Below are positions 14,562 through 26,523 of a stretch of 64,000 nt of DNA, piece after piece; within the stretch, counting starts at the first letter, position 1, and every line of letters begins with the position of its first letter. Under the pieces are notes generated by a model. That model was not told where the DNA came from. It saw nothing but the letters and a program-made list of their open reading frames with translations, and did not search any database. Source of the stretch: Chara braunii (taxonomy: Eukaryota; Plantae; Charophyceae); contig BFEA01000021.1 of NCBI GenBank assembly GCA_003427395.1, positions 2,424,510-2,488,509 of the forward strand. The letters are read 5' to 3'. The position numbers and the translations under genes were made by a program.

Positions 14562-16591
14562 GTTGGTAGATCAGAACATGCTGGGAACCGGGCCCAGCGT
14601 CCCTCATGAAAATCTGATGATCCTACTGATGCTTTTTTTCTTTTTTTTTTAAGCTTTTTTTTAATGGAGAAATCCTTGAGATACCGGGGCCATTACCCGG
14701 CTTCGGCTAAGACAGAAAACTGTGTAATCTACACTAGAAGGCGGTGATGATGATGACGGTGATACTGAAAAATCACTAAAACCTCTAGTACAGTAAATCT
14801 GACTTCTTACTCCCTAAGCTACTCCTAGCCTCTCCTATACCATTCACAGAACTCCAAAGGCAGTGACAACCTATCCAATACCAGCCTTCGCTGTCGTGTT
14901 TTCACTGCCAAAGACAATACCCGGCCCATTAGGATGTCATCGCAGGGCCCCTTAGATTACTACTATATCGCCTTCCTCCCTCAAGAAATCCCCAGATCTC
15001 TCTCCCAGGCCTCACGCTCCTGCTACAGCAGGTCACAGGGCAACGCCCCAGGACCGGATTCCAGCATCGGCAAACCAAGAGCACAAAAGATCACAGCTTT
15101 GCACGGCGTCGGCTTCTTCCCCCCTCTGTATAGGAAGAAACTGAGGTGTCTCCTGGGAAAAAGAAAACAGATAAGCTATCATAGTTCAGTTAATCTCTAA
15201 TACTATAAAGGAAGGAGCGGGTCTCGCGTGACGCTCCCAGCGGGCCCAGCGAAATTCGGGCAGGGAGGTCCGCGCGCGGTGCCGCAGGGAACCGAGGAGG
15301 GCGCGCCGGTTGGGGAGGCCGGTAGCTGGGACGGGGNNNNNNNNNNNNNNNNNNNNNNNNNNNNNNNNNNNNNNNNNNNNNNNNNNNNNNNNNNNNNNNN
15401 NNNNNNNNNNNNNNNNNNNNNNNNNNNNNNNNNNNNNNNNNNNNNNNNNNNNNNNNNNNNNNNNNNNNNNNNNNNNNNNNNNNNNNNNNNNNNNNNNNNN
15501 NNNNNNNNNNNNNNNNNNNNNNNNNNNNNNNNNNNNNNNNNNNNNNNNNNNNNNNNNNNNNNNNNNNNNNNNNNNNNNNNNNNNNNNNNNNNNNNNNNNN
15601 NNNNNNNNNNNNNNNNNNNNNNNNNNNNNNNNNNNNNNNNNNNNNNNNNNNNNNNNNNNNNNNNNNNNNNNNNNNNNNNNNNNNNNNNNNNNNNNNNNNN
15701 NNNNNNNNNNNNNNNNNNNNNNNNNNNNNNNNNNNNNNNNNNNNNNNNNNNNNNNNNNNNNNNNNNNNNNNNNNNNNNNNNNNNNNNNNNNNNNNNNNNN
15801 NNNNNNNNNNNNNNNNNNNNNNNNNNNNNNNNNNNNNNNNNNNNNNNNNNNNNNNNNNNNNNNNNNNNNNNNNNNNNNNNNNNNNNNNNNNNNNNNNNNN
15901 NNNNNNNNNNNNNNNNNNNNNNNNNNNNNNNNNNNNNNNNNNNNNNNNNNNNNNNNNNNNNNNNNNNNNNNNNNNNNNNNNNNNNNNNNNNNNNNNNNNN
16001 NNNNNNNNNNNNNNNNNNNNNNNNNNNNNNNNNNNNNNNNNNNNNNNNNNNNNNNNNNNNNNNNNNNNNNNNNNNNNNNNNNNNNNNNNNNNNNNNNNNN
16101 NNNNNNNNNNNNNNNNNNNNNNNNNNNATCTCCTGCTAGAGAGAGAGAGAGAGAGAAAAAGAAGAGTAAGTCTCCAATCTCGCGGAGAGAGAGGGATCGG
16201 TGGAGGGAGCCCGGGATCGGGACATGTTTGTGTTATGCCCCTGTCACGTGAGTGTGCAAATCCGCCTGGCCTTTTGCAGTTGTGCCTACAAAAACTTGGC
16301 AACTGCCGGGGCAGTTTGCAAAGTTGGGCAGTGTCTGGCACGGGTGCGTTGCAAAGATGGAGTCCAGCTGATGTCTGGCCTGTTTTGCAATATATTTTTG
16401 TCATCGTCCTCCGCCGCAGCGTGGCTGCGGCAGGTCCATTTGTTTTTCTTAATAAGAAAATAGCACCCGTGAATAACCTCCCGCCTTGACCTCTACCAAA
16501 CACCCACAAGTCAAAGTGACTCTGCTATCCTATCCGAAGCCCTACAAAACTGTCATGTTCTCACCACCAGACGTATCCCCAAGATGGTTTT

Positions 16592-16626
<35 letters not shown>

Positions 16627-17318
16627 CCCCAGCCTCACGCTCCCATCAAACTGGGCAACAGGGCAGCATGACCCACCGCAGCTGCAGCCCTCGTTGATCT
16701 GGCAGCAGTTCCCAGTTAGCGACTGGCTTGCCGCCCCCCTTCGGCAAACCCCAGATCTCTCTACCAGGCCTCATGCTCCTGCGAAACAGGTAGCCACAGT
16801 TTGTCAATCAATCGCGGAGGGGTCTTCACAGCTATCAATGGGGTCTTCACAGCTATCAATCTTAGACTAGTGAGTCAGCGAGGCCGCGTTCATGAACACC
16901 CTGCATATGTTCTCCCAGTGCAGGGGGGGGGGGGCAGATAGTCATCTGGCTCCCGTGGGGGCTAGCAGTCCCATCAGAAGTGTATTGGTGATCACCTTCA
17001 ATCTATAGGCTTGGATTTCCTTTCTCTCGACAGCCTTTGCTGGCCCCTCGCTTCACTGTGGCTCGGGCCTGCTTCATTTCTTTGTGCTTTCCAGTCTTCC
17101 AGGGTGGCTGTTGATTCATTTCATTAGCATCTTCAGTTACAGGCCTCATGAGTAGTCCTCCCTACTTAGTAATTTAAACCTGGGTACCTCAGTGCACATA
17201 TCTGGGCGTTCCCTCCCCAGCTATCGCAGGCAGTGACTAATGGCCACCTGACCAAGGTCTAACCATGTGACAGCCCCCTCCTGAGGACTAGCCCAGTATG
17301 TCCATCAAGTGCAGCACT

Positions 17319-17363
<45 letters not shown>

Positions 17364-17496
17364 TTTTAAAGCCCCTTCATAAGCCCACTATCCCCACAGT
17401 GGTAAGAGAACTGCAGGAATTGAGGGTCTCTTTGTCGGGCTGCTCCATCTATTGGTGGGGAGCGGCACCTGCTGGGAATCGCGCCCAGCATCCCAT
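17319..17496 (-). mobile_element. Short poly(A)-tailed LINE 3'-end copy or SINE carrying the conserved 3' structural motif
   Basis: Poly(T) at 17319-17357 and the motif at about 17441-17496. The tail is similar to the 23234-23487 copy. Confidence 0.7.
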
Positions 17497-18251
17497 TGAC
17501 ACATCATGAAGCACAAAGTTTTTGTTACTCCGGTCATAGTTGTGAGTTCGCATCAGTGAGATTTTTGTTGAAAAAAAAAAGAAAAAAGAGAGCAGGCTGA
17601 TTTGGGTCTTGTCTCCCTTTCTTCCACAGGGCCGATTCCTCCTGCCAGGGAGCCAAGGAACTCCCCTACACAGGTTGGATTCCACGATAAAACAGTTCTG
17701 TTTCCAAAAAGATTTGTCCATCCGTGGAGATTACATTGGTAGGAATATAAGTGATGCTCAGTTAAAAGTATTCGGAGTTTCCTTGGGGCGCCTCTTTTTT
17801 CGGCGCCTTTCTTAAGCGGAAATGGGCCGCTTGTTTTGGTTTGGGTAGATTTCACAAGTGCCACAAATTCGAAAAGTAAGAGGCCGCTTTATCTTCAAAA
17901 TAGTCCTAAAAGCTAACTCTGCTCAATGCCGATTGCGGGATTCGGTGGTCCATGGTCCATCTCTAGTCGGGGGGTGCCAAGCATGCCCAGGATGATACAC
18001 GAGGCCCATGGGATTGAAGTTCATTGAACCCACACCCTCCTGAATGCCACTTGTGAGTCTTGCCTACTGAGCTAGGCCATCGCGTTCTCCTTCCCTCCAA
18101 GTCTACAGACTAGATATAGAATTATGTTCTCGTAATTCTTTCTCACATTATCTTCCCCCAAAACAACGCTCTTCGAGCCTCATCTCCAAATCCTAGATGG
18201 ATGGGCAGAGCTACCACCTATGTTGTCAACGGGGAGAGGCCAAGTCTACAG

Positions 18252-18444
18252 TTAACACCACCAGTACTTCCCACTTTCGCCCGGGGGTCCAAACCACCTG
18301 CGCGCCAAAGAAAAACGAACCGACGCGGGCCTCGTCTTGGCTGCAGCTGCCAGCCATTTTGCTCTGGCTGCCGACCCCCCAAAGCTGCCGCAGTACGCAA
18401 GGCGCATCGAAGGAAAATGGCTGGAAAACGTACTGGTGCCTTAA
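18252..18444. mobile_element. TTAA-flanked MITE, second copy
   Basis: TTAA-CACCACCAGTAC...GTACTGGTGCC-TTAA, with internal similarity to 14363-14561. Confidence 0.65.
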
Positions 18445-18635
18445 TAACAGTCACCATCCAGCATTTTTCTTTTCTTTTTTTTCCCCTTTTTTTTCCTTTT
18501 TTTTCCCTTTTTTTTCCCTTTTTTTTCCTTTTTTTTTTTCTTCCTTTTTTTTCCCTTTTCTGTTTGTTTGTTTGTTTGTTTGTTTGTTTGTTTTTTTTTT
18601 TTGTTTTTTTTTTGGGGGGGGGGGTAACTTCAGTA

Positions 18636-18800
18636 GAGTCACAAAAAGGAGTTATAATTGCACTATGGAGCAAGATACAGTTTGCAATTGCACTTCGGGC
18701 GCCCTACCTGGCCAGAAAGCTGGGTTGTATACATTGCTTGAACTGCAATTCGAAACTGTATCTCGGCCCATACTGCAATTATAACTCATTTTTGTGACTC
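18636..18800. mobile_element. Palindromic MITE-like element
   Basis: GAGTCACAAAAAGGAGTTATAATTGCA...TGCAATTATAACTCATTTTTGTGACTC, an imperfect inverted repeat of about 60 bp. Confidence 0.65.
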
Positions 18801-19785
18801 CCGCGTAATTTCCCCTTTTTTTTCCTTGAATTTCACTGTTCCAGCTTTTCTTTTTTGGGCCCTGCTAATCTTCGCAGCAGCGTTGTTCCATTTTTTTAAT
18901 GGATGTTCCGAAGGACCATTCCAGTGCTTTCTCTTTTTTTTTTTTTTTTTCAAGCCGTAACGGAGGATCCCATTGCCGAACCACCTCTTCAGGCCCAATC
19001 AGGCCGCCCGAACCAACACGCCGCCCTCGTGGTTCCACACGTCCTTTCCAAAAGTAGACCAGAGAATTGTAACCCGGCTGCCAGCTCCAACTCTGTCTGT
19101 AATCTTCTGCGTGCTCCATCTTAGCCAGGAGCCTGTGTTCCTCTGTGCGAGCCAGGCTCAAATTTCGCCGTTCCAGGACTATAATGTCACTTCTGTATTT
19201 CCCCCCTTTCTGAGTCTATTAGTCCTCTTGACTCTGCAGCAACGCCTGCCCAGCCGTTCAGGTAAGCCAAGCCCTTGATTCTGCTTGGGCTACAGTCTCC
19301 TTGTCAGAGGACAATACCGTACCTTGCAAATAGTATTGTAGCCATCTCTTGATGAAAAAAAAAGAAAAAAGAAAAAAAAAAAAGAAAAAGAAAAAGAGAG
19401 AGAGAGAAGAACGATCAGCATGAAGGACAATGCAACTCCTCCCCCTTCGTGTAATCGAAATTGTCCAGGCCATGGAGTAATCTGAGTGGGCCTCGAACCC
19501 AGCACCCACCAGGCACAACTCAAACACGTAACCAGATGAGTTTACAATAGCTCTCGGGAACACCCATGCAGTCGGCTCTGCTCGTTCCAGCGATACCTTT
19601 TTATATCTTCTTTTCTTTCTTTCCAAAAAGGGCAAAGTCCATTTGTTTCTTTTTTTTTTTTCGTGCACCGGGGGTCCTGCTTAACGAGGTGATACGAGCA
19701 GGTCCCGAGTCCCGACATTGAAGGCTCCGTCTGTTGGTGTATTGGTGGGGATCATATGATTCATATCATCATTTGAAAACTTACC

Positions 19786-19866
19786 GGCCCCAGGTAATTC
19801 AGACGTGCACCCTGGTCTGTTTTTCAACAGCTGAGCTCAGTGGTGTACCGACTGAGCTACCAGGCC
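19786..19866 (-). mobile_element. tRNA-derived SINE head or degenerate tRNA-like sequence
   Basis: The minus strand reads GGCCTGGTAGCTCAGTCGGTACACC (A-box) and shares GTAGCTCAGTYGGTACACC...TGTTGAAA..CAGAC with 38149-38219. The B-box is degenerate. Confidence 0.5.
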
Positions 19867-20289
19867 AGTTTGTATTCCATTCCGGCGAGATTTGCTGCTG
19901 CGAGGCGACAGCTCTATCAGACAGATCTGTAGTCAGTGGTAGTGGATACATCAGATAGATTTGCTGCAATTTGGTTGTGGCAGGCCACTGCCCTTAGCCC
20001 CCCTCCACCTTTCCGCTGCATGTCAGATATGCTGGAAGACCCTTAAACAGCCATTCTCAATGCCGAAACAGAATCTTCGATCTGTCGCGCCATGCCTGTC
20101 CACTGACCACTGATTAACCACCACCTTCTGTGCCGTAACCGTCGATCAGGCAAAAGTGGTGGTTGCATGGTTCAATTTTCTTGGTTCCTACCCCCCCCCC
20201 CCCCCCCCCCCCCCCCNNNNNNNNNNNNNNNNNNNNNNNNNNNNNNNNNNTGGGAAGGAGGCGGAATGGACCACAGTGCAACCTAAGAG

Positions 20290-20327
20290 CTGTCTCTTAT
20301 ACACATCTAGATGTGTATAAGAGACAG
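20290..20327. other. Nextera mate-pair junction adapter (assembly artefact)
   Basis: Exact CTGTCTCTTATACACATCT-AGATGTGTATAAGAGACAG. Confidence 0.98.
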
Positions 20328-20362
20328 GCCTGGAGACTACCTGCGTGCTCAGGGAACACAAA

Positions 20363-20473
20363 CTACCGTCTTCACCCGAATAGAACGCCCGGTAATTATC
20401 ACCGTATCTTGGCTGAAAGTTGTGCCAAATACAGCTATAACGACTGGGCGTTCTATTCGGGTGACAACGGTAG
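20363..20473. mobile_element. Palindromic MITE of about 110 bp, TA-flanked (Tc1/mariner-like), copy 1
   Basis: cTA-CCGTCTTCACCCGAATAGAACGCCC...GGGCGTTCTATTCGGGTGACAACGG-TAg. Confidence 0.75.
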
Positions 20474-21479
20474 CGTGTAAGGGAACCCGGGGAGAGGACG
20501 CCTACTGTTTGCTGAAGCCAATGGCTACAGCGCCTGTCACTCCCTGTGCCTGCTTCCGAGGTCCTCAGCGACCAGCAGGGTGTGGTGTTCCGGATTTAGC
20601 TGTCACGCTCCCCTCTCAAGGACTTGGGATTTACTACTCACGAGGGGAACCGATAGATAGTGAACAAGGAGTAAAATTAATATAAGAAGATGTCAAGCCC
20701 CCTCTCTAGAGAGTACCATGTGAACCCTTCTCATGGCCTTCGTCGCTTCTTCTCAGATTAGCGAGGGCTTATCCAAAACTTAGCTTGTACTCAAGAGGTT
20801 GGGTAGACACACCGAACAGAGGGAAGGCACTGCAACAATTAAACAAACCCAGGGGAGTTGCAAAATTGTATAAAATTTGTTTAATAATAAAGTAATCACT
20901 TGTTTCCTTTCCTTTTTATCAATTTTAATTTTATTACCCATTTTTAATTTCATCATTTTCTCATCACCTGGTCAGCGTAGGAACGCTACACGAAGGCTTA
21001 CTAGCATACCCTTGCCTCATGGCTGGCTGATTCGAAGACGGCCTCAGAACAAATGAAAAAGGTAAGTACCAGGTGCGGTAGAAGCGGATGTCCAATTATC
21101 AAAATTTAAGGGTTACTATCAACGGCTGATGAAGGAGAATTCAGAGTTCATCTCAGGACCCCTCATTTTCCCCGACAGTCCCGACAAGAATACCCAAAAA
21201 ATTTCGTCTAAGTGCCCGGTCGAAGACCCAACTTCCTTTATTTCAGGTGTCCGACCACTTGTGGCCGCCCGACAGCGTCGGGCTCCTTTTGGCTGGCACT
21301 GCCAGCCATTTTCCTCTGGTAGGCCGAACCCCGAAACTTGCGGCCCCACGCTTGGAACGACCACTTTGCACAACTGGGGACAGCTGTCCGAAGACAGCCG
21401 CTTTTGGTGCAAATGTCACACGCAGAACAAACAGTCCGGTGAGCAATTGTTTGGACATTGTGCTTCTCTGCACAGTTCC

Positions 21480-21562
21480 TTTTTTTTTTTTTTTTTTTTA
21501 AACAAGGCTCCAATCTATTCGTGGGGAGCAGCACNTGCTNGGAACCAGGCCCAGTGTCCCAT
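21480..21562 (-). mobile_element. Short poly(A)-tailed copy of the LINE 3' structural motif
   Basis: Poly(T) at 21480-21499 abuts GGCTCCAATCTATTCGTGGGGAGC...CCAGTGTCCCAT. Confidence 0.65.
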
Positions 21563-21623
21563 ATGGAAATTTACTTAGAATTTTCAATTTTGTAAATTTG
21601 AGATGCCGGGGCCATTACCGCAC

Positions 21624-21751
21624 CGTTCCAATTTTAACGGATGTCCTGGGGCAAGGTCCCACTTGCGCAAATTAGGAGATTTCGGCCGTTGATCTTTGCT
21701 ATCTACGGTCAGTATCTCTTAATTTGTGCAAGTGGGACCTAGCCCCTGAAG
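21624..21751 (-). pseudogene. U6-derived fragment (5' part) interrupted by a Harbinger-like MITE
   Basis: CGTTCCAATTTTAACGGATGTCCTG[MITE]AAG matches the U6 copy at 49320-49347. Confidence 0.7.
21649..21745. mobile_element. PIF/Harbinger-like MITE, 97 bp
   Basis: TIRs GGGCAAGGTCCCACTTGC / GCAAGTGGGACCTAGCCC with a 3-bp TSD CTG. A second copy is at 60337-60435. Confidence 0.8.
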
Positions 21752-22415
21752 TTTTTTTCAACAGGTAAGCAAAGTGAGAGTTGTGCACCAAAGTTGATTA
21801 CCACAAAGTTGATTGTTCTATTCGTGATGTTGGATTTTCTTTTTCTTTTTCGGTGAAATTGAAATCAATCATTTTTTTTAAAAAGTGAACTTGAGTAACA
21901 TACGTCAGGAAATGGCCCCTGCTTGGCCCCTGTTTTTTTTGTCTTGCTTGAGGACATAAGTTCTTTGCCTTGGGCACTGGGCCCTTAATAGAATCATTCA
22001 TTGCTAGGCTACCAGAGTGCCACGCGACCACATGCCTGATCGGGTCAAAACAAAAAAATAAAATGTTTTTTTTTAATAATTTGGTAAAGAAGGTCCGTTA
22101 AAAAAAAAAAGAAAAAAAAGAAGCCACTTTCCATTATAAACCCGCGAAACGGGTTCCAACGTCCCTCACATGAATGCGGCAGCTGAACTGGGCTGGAAAA
22201 GGCACTCCCACCAGGAGTCCCTGCCAATCCCATCCCCAACTACGGTCCTCCCACGATGAAGACACCCCCCCCCCTGTCTTCAGTCCGACCCTTTTTTTTT
22301 TTTTTGACCCCGGTGTCATTGCTAGGAGAGGTGTCAGTCCGTCCCATTTAGATATCCCAAGTTCCCGAAAAGGACAAAAAGTCGTCAAGAGTTGCCTAAA
22401 CATTGCCAATCCCAC

Positions 22416-22526
22416 CTACCTTCTTCCCCCGAATACAACGCCCGGTCATTATAGCTGCATTTCGACTGAAAGATACCCCAAATACAGCTATAACGGCCGT
22501 ACGTTGTATTCGGGGGAAGAAGGTAG
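22416..22526. mobile_element. TA-flanked palindromic MITE of about 110 bp, copy 2
   Basis: CTACCTTCTTCCCCCGAATACAACG...CGTTGTATTCGGGGGAAGAAGGTAG. Confidence 0.75.
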
Positions 22527-23233
22527 TATTTACATGGAACCAGTACGGCGACAACTGAGACTACTGAGGCAACAACTGAGGGGAATAACCACTACTGTAT
22601 CTAGACCAAGGGCCAGGACATTACCTACAAAAAAAAATGTCTTCGCAATGTGAAGTGATGTTTCTTTCAAAGTGTGAACTCAAAACTATCGACGGGCGTA
22701 CTCACACAGCAGTGGCATAGCAGCAAAATCTGTGAATTTCACTATTCCCGATTTTGCTGAAATTCTCCCCCCCCCCCGGTCACATAGCGGCAGCAAATCA
22801 CAAAAGACACTAGCTGGACTTTCTGGCAGTAATTGCCAAATTGGTGCCTCGCGTGGTCACACACCGCGAGGCCCGAATCCTTCAACCTTTTTTTTTCCAA
22901 CAAAGTTCGTTTTGGATTTCCTTTCATACAAACTCTCAAACCGAAGGGAAAAAAAAAATGCTACCACTTCTGGACCTTCCCTGCGGCCCACCAGGCCGCT
23001 GACATTTGATACCCCCCTGTTTGCTGCTTTTGCCACTCTTTCCCTGCCTCGTGCGACTGGCCCAATCATCAATCAAATTTTAACTATTTTTCCCTAAAAG
23101 GCCCTAGTGTGAGTAGGCCCTTCGTAGCCGACACTATGCAAGAAAGAAACGGCGAAAAAAGTCGCCTGCTACAGGGCATGTATAGTGCAGAAGACGATCA
23201 GGCTATAGCAGAAGCATGTGAGCTAGAATGGTA

Positions 23234-23447
23234 CCCGGGTCTGAGAAGAGAAAAGCCCACAGCCCTAGGAAAACAACAAACACCAATCTTTGAGTCATAA
23301 GGTGTATCAATGGGACGCTGGACCCGGTTTCCAGCAGGTGCTGCTCCCCACCAATAGATGGAGCAGCCCGGCAGAGAAACCCTCAATCCTGACGGTTCTC
23401 TTACCACCACCGGGATAGAGGGTTTACACAAGGGCTATTCTTGCAAC

Positions 23448-23487
<40 letters not shown>
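23234..23487 (+). mobile_element. 5'-truncated LINE 3' end or SINE with the conserved structural motif
   Basis: Motif at 23309-23366, poly(A) at 23449-23487, and an imperfect TSD CTAGAATGGT (23224) / CTAGTATGGT (23488). Confidence 0.7.
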
Positions 23488-23489
<2 letters not shown>

Positions 23490-23795
23490 AGTATGGTTCG
23501 TATTGTACTCCAGCCAAGCAGAGGGAGACACTATGGCAGAAGCTCAGCAGGCGACTGCACTATAGCACAAGCTCAGCACGTGCTCGAGCTATGGCGCAAG
23601 CTCATCAGGGGTGATGACAAGGAGGATCACATGTACAGCATGTTGACCTTTTTTTAGTTGTGTTACGATCCTGGTCATTCCCGAAGTGCAAACTCACAAT
23701 GAAAGACAATGCCACCCAATTGCGAAAGAAATGAAAGCACTTGCAAAGAGATAGAGACCAAAGAAGAGAGAAAGAAGAAGAAGAAGAAGAAGAAG

Positions 23796-23827
<32 letters not shown>

Positions 23828-25253
23828 CGCCAGCAAGACCAATGATAAATCCTCTCTCCACCTTCCTCCTCCTTCACTTCGCCAATCTTATTCTTCTTCC
23901 AACAATAATAATAACAATGAGTAGATGAACCAGAATCAATGTCCGAAGTTCCCTCTTACTGCTGACATCACAATAGGTCCACCATATCTATGGCTTCCCC
24001 CCTTCTTCCACCTCTCACATGCCTAGGCTATGGCGGACTACTGAGGGCTCTGCCCTCCTGTGCAAAGGACAACGCAAAGCAGCTATGTTACTGCACTCCT
24101 GTCCAAAGGACAACCCAAAGCAGCTATGCCGCTGCTGACTAAGCCGCCATGCCTGACTCTGCCTCGACCTTCCTTGGTGCGGCACTACCCCAACTGGGGC
24201 CTTCCAGATGCAGCGCCCAACAAAGTGATGAAGATGGTGTCCACCATAGCCAGGTAGGTACCTTGCCACTCTCCTCCTTCGCCCCCTTCTTCCTCCTCCT
24301 CAGGCTGGGCTGCTCGCCATAGCCAGGCTGAGCCCCCAGCTGCTCGTCACCTCCAGGCAGCGCTGCCCAAGTCCAGCGCTTGGCTCCAGCAGCATGTCGC
24401 CAATCCTTGCATACCGCAAATGAGGAGGAGCTGCTTGCTCCTCCAGAAGATATAGCGGCCTACTGGCCTCTTGGGCGGTGACTTCCCAGACCGAGCGGCC
24501 TCCCAGCAACCGGTACCTCCTCCCTTTCGGCGGAAACATCATTGCAGGCTCTGCTATCGTCCGGACAGGCCCTAGACTCGGGCTACTTGGACTGGTACCC
24601 GCCTGCCTCTAACCTTACCGCTACTGGGCGTCTAAAAATGCCAACCTTTTGTCTTCTTCTGCTCGGCCTCCAGTACCCGACACTTCTACCACTACGTGAG
24701 TGGTACCGGCCTACCTACTACTTGAGTGTTTTTCCCGCTGCTCTAAATGTCGCGGGCCTACCCCCGCTACTTGAGTGTTTTCCCCGCTGCAACCCTCAAA
24801 GTCATGGCCACAGGTAAGTACCGGCCCTGCAGGGCCTTTCAACCAACAAGTACCCTTGCGGGTCACACACACACTCAGCCGACAAGCGCTCAGACAGGCA
24901 CGCAAACCAGCAGGCACACACACACACACACAGACTTGGAAACCACAGCAGAATGTGGAAATCTCAGCAAGGCATTCATTCCAGTGCCAAATCACTGAAA
25001 TCAGCAGTGTTCTCAGTCTGTGTTTTGGCGGGTCATTACAGTTGCTGAACTTGCTGCACATTGGGTGCGATAGTAGGTACTACATATACGAGCGAATATG
25101 ACACACGTCGGCCGTGATGACGTGCAGGATCACATGTACATCATCATCAGCATGTGGACTTCATAAGTTCTACATATAAAAGCGAATTTGACACGGGTCA
25201 TCAGCCGCTAACACAACCTGGCTGAACCACAAAGTTTGCAAGGTAGTGCAAAG

Positions 25254-25318
25254 TTTTTTTTTTTTGTTGAAAAAACGCCCCCTCCAGTGTTAGCGGTGCT
25301 GGTAAGAGCAGCCACCAC
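25254..25318 (-). mobile_element. Very short 5'-truncated copy of the LINE-A 3' end
   Basis: A T-run followed by GTTAGCGGTGCTGGTAAGAGCAGCCACCAC, similar to LINE-A 3148-3177. Confidence 0.6.
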
Positions 25319-25806
25319 AAATTAGACTTCATTTCCCGCTGCAAAGTTGATAGGGCCGCTATTAGGGCGCTTTCGCCGATGTGAACAAAAACTGCACCCT
25401 GCCAATTTGAAAGTTCTTTTTGGCTAGTTGGAAACACCATTTCTCATTTGGACCAAATTCAGAGCAGGAGCGCAAAAATGCGGCAGCCCAGCGGGCCAGC
25501 GCGACATGCGGGTACCACATTTTCGTGAACCCTGCAAACTTTAAGTTGCTCGGTCACCACAAGCGGTTAGCAGGGACCCCCACTTTTCATATCCCGCTGC
25601 AAAGTTGCTCGAGGAGTATGGATTGTCACAAAGGGCTGCCTGCTCGTTCTCAAAAAAAAAAACAAAGAAAGAAAAGAAAAAGAAGAACAGCCTGCTGAAC
25701 CTTCGGCGGAAACACAGCAAGGGAGAAGAGGTTGACGAGGAGGTTGACGAGGAGGGGGTTGTGTCCGACTGTATCGTCAGACCTTGCAGTGACTCTTTGA
25801 GTCCTT

Positions 25807-25928
25807 GGGCCTCGGTTCACTACTCTCGACATGCACAACAGACAAAAATCATGGTGGTGTATCTTTCCATGTTCTAGCGGAAGATTCACTCTCGTTTTGC
25901 ACATTTCGAGAGTGGTGGACTGAGGCCC
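25807..25928. mobile_element. PIF/Harbinger-like MITE, 122 bp
   Basis: TIRs GGGCCTCGGTTCACTACTCTCGA / TCGAGAGTGGTGGACTGAGGCCC with TSD CTT. A sister copy is at 49434-49555. Confidence 0.8.
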
Positions 25929-26025
25929 CTTGCCACAGCAGGCTGCCTTGGCAACAACCATAGGCATAAGGGGAGAAGAAGGAACCGAAGACTGCAACAG
26001 AAGGCTTTGTCAGACTTTCCTTGAA

Positions 26026-26135
26026 TAGCGTCTTCACCCGAATAGAACGCCCGGTCATTATAGCCGTATTTGGTGCACTTTTCAGTCCAGATGCAGCGAT
26101 AATGACCGGGCGTTCTATTCGGGTGAAGACGGTAG
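26026..26135. mobile_element. TA-flanked palindromic MITE of about 110 bp, copy 3
   Basis: CGTCTTCACCCGAATAGAACGCCCGGTCATTA...TAATGACCGGGCGTTCTATTCGGGTGAAGACG. Confidence 0.75.
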
Positions 26136-26412
26136 GGCATCGCCACACCACTGCTAAGAAGTTGAGAACGGCGATTTTGGGGAGTGCAGCGCCGCGACAC
26201 CAGCTCCCGAATTCGGTTTGTCCGATTGCTGATACTGTTCAGTGCCATATCTTCTAGAGTGCTCTGGATTTATGGGAGCGCTCGCTGGGACCATCAGCGG
26301 GCATGGGACACCAACGAGCGGAGGACAAGGCTTCGCCTGAACTCAGACGTATTTATGAAGAGGTGCGAAAAACACCTCCACGCTCAGCAGGTGTCAAGTC
26401 CATTCCTCTTTG

Positions 26413-26523
26413 CTACCATCTTCAGCCGAGTACAACGTACAGTCATTATAGCTGTTTTTGACGTATCGTACAGTCTGAACACAGTATTAATGACCGTACA
26501 TTGTATTCGGGCGAAGAAGGTAG
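26413..26523. mobile_element. TA-flanked palindromic MITE of about 110 bp, copy 4
   Basis: CTACCATCTTCAGCCGAGTACAACGTAC...GTACATTGTATTCGGGCGAAGAAGGTAG. Confidence 0.7.

Noticed and set aside
20590-20720. PPT-like GAGAGGGGAG-TG junctions suggesting an LTR remnant
   Set aside because: No partner LTR or coding remnant, and the site is close to an adapter artefact.
23585-23620. CTGATGAG on minus as a possible third hammerhead
   Set aside because: No GAAA follows the putative stem II, and there is no stem I or III.
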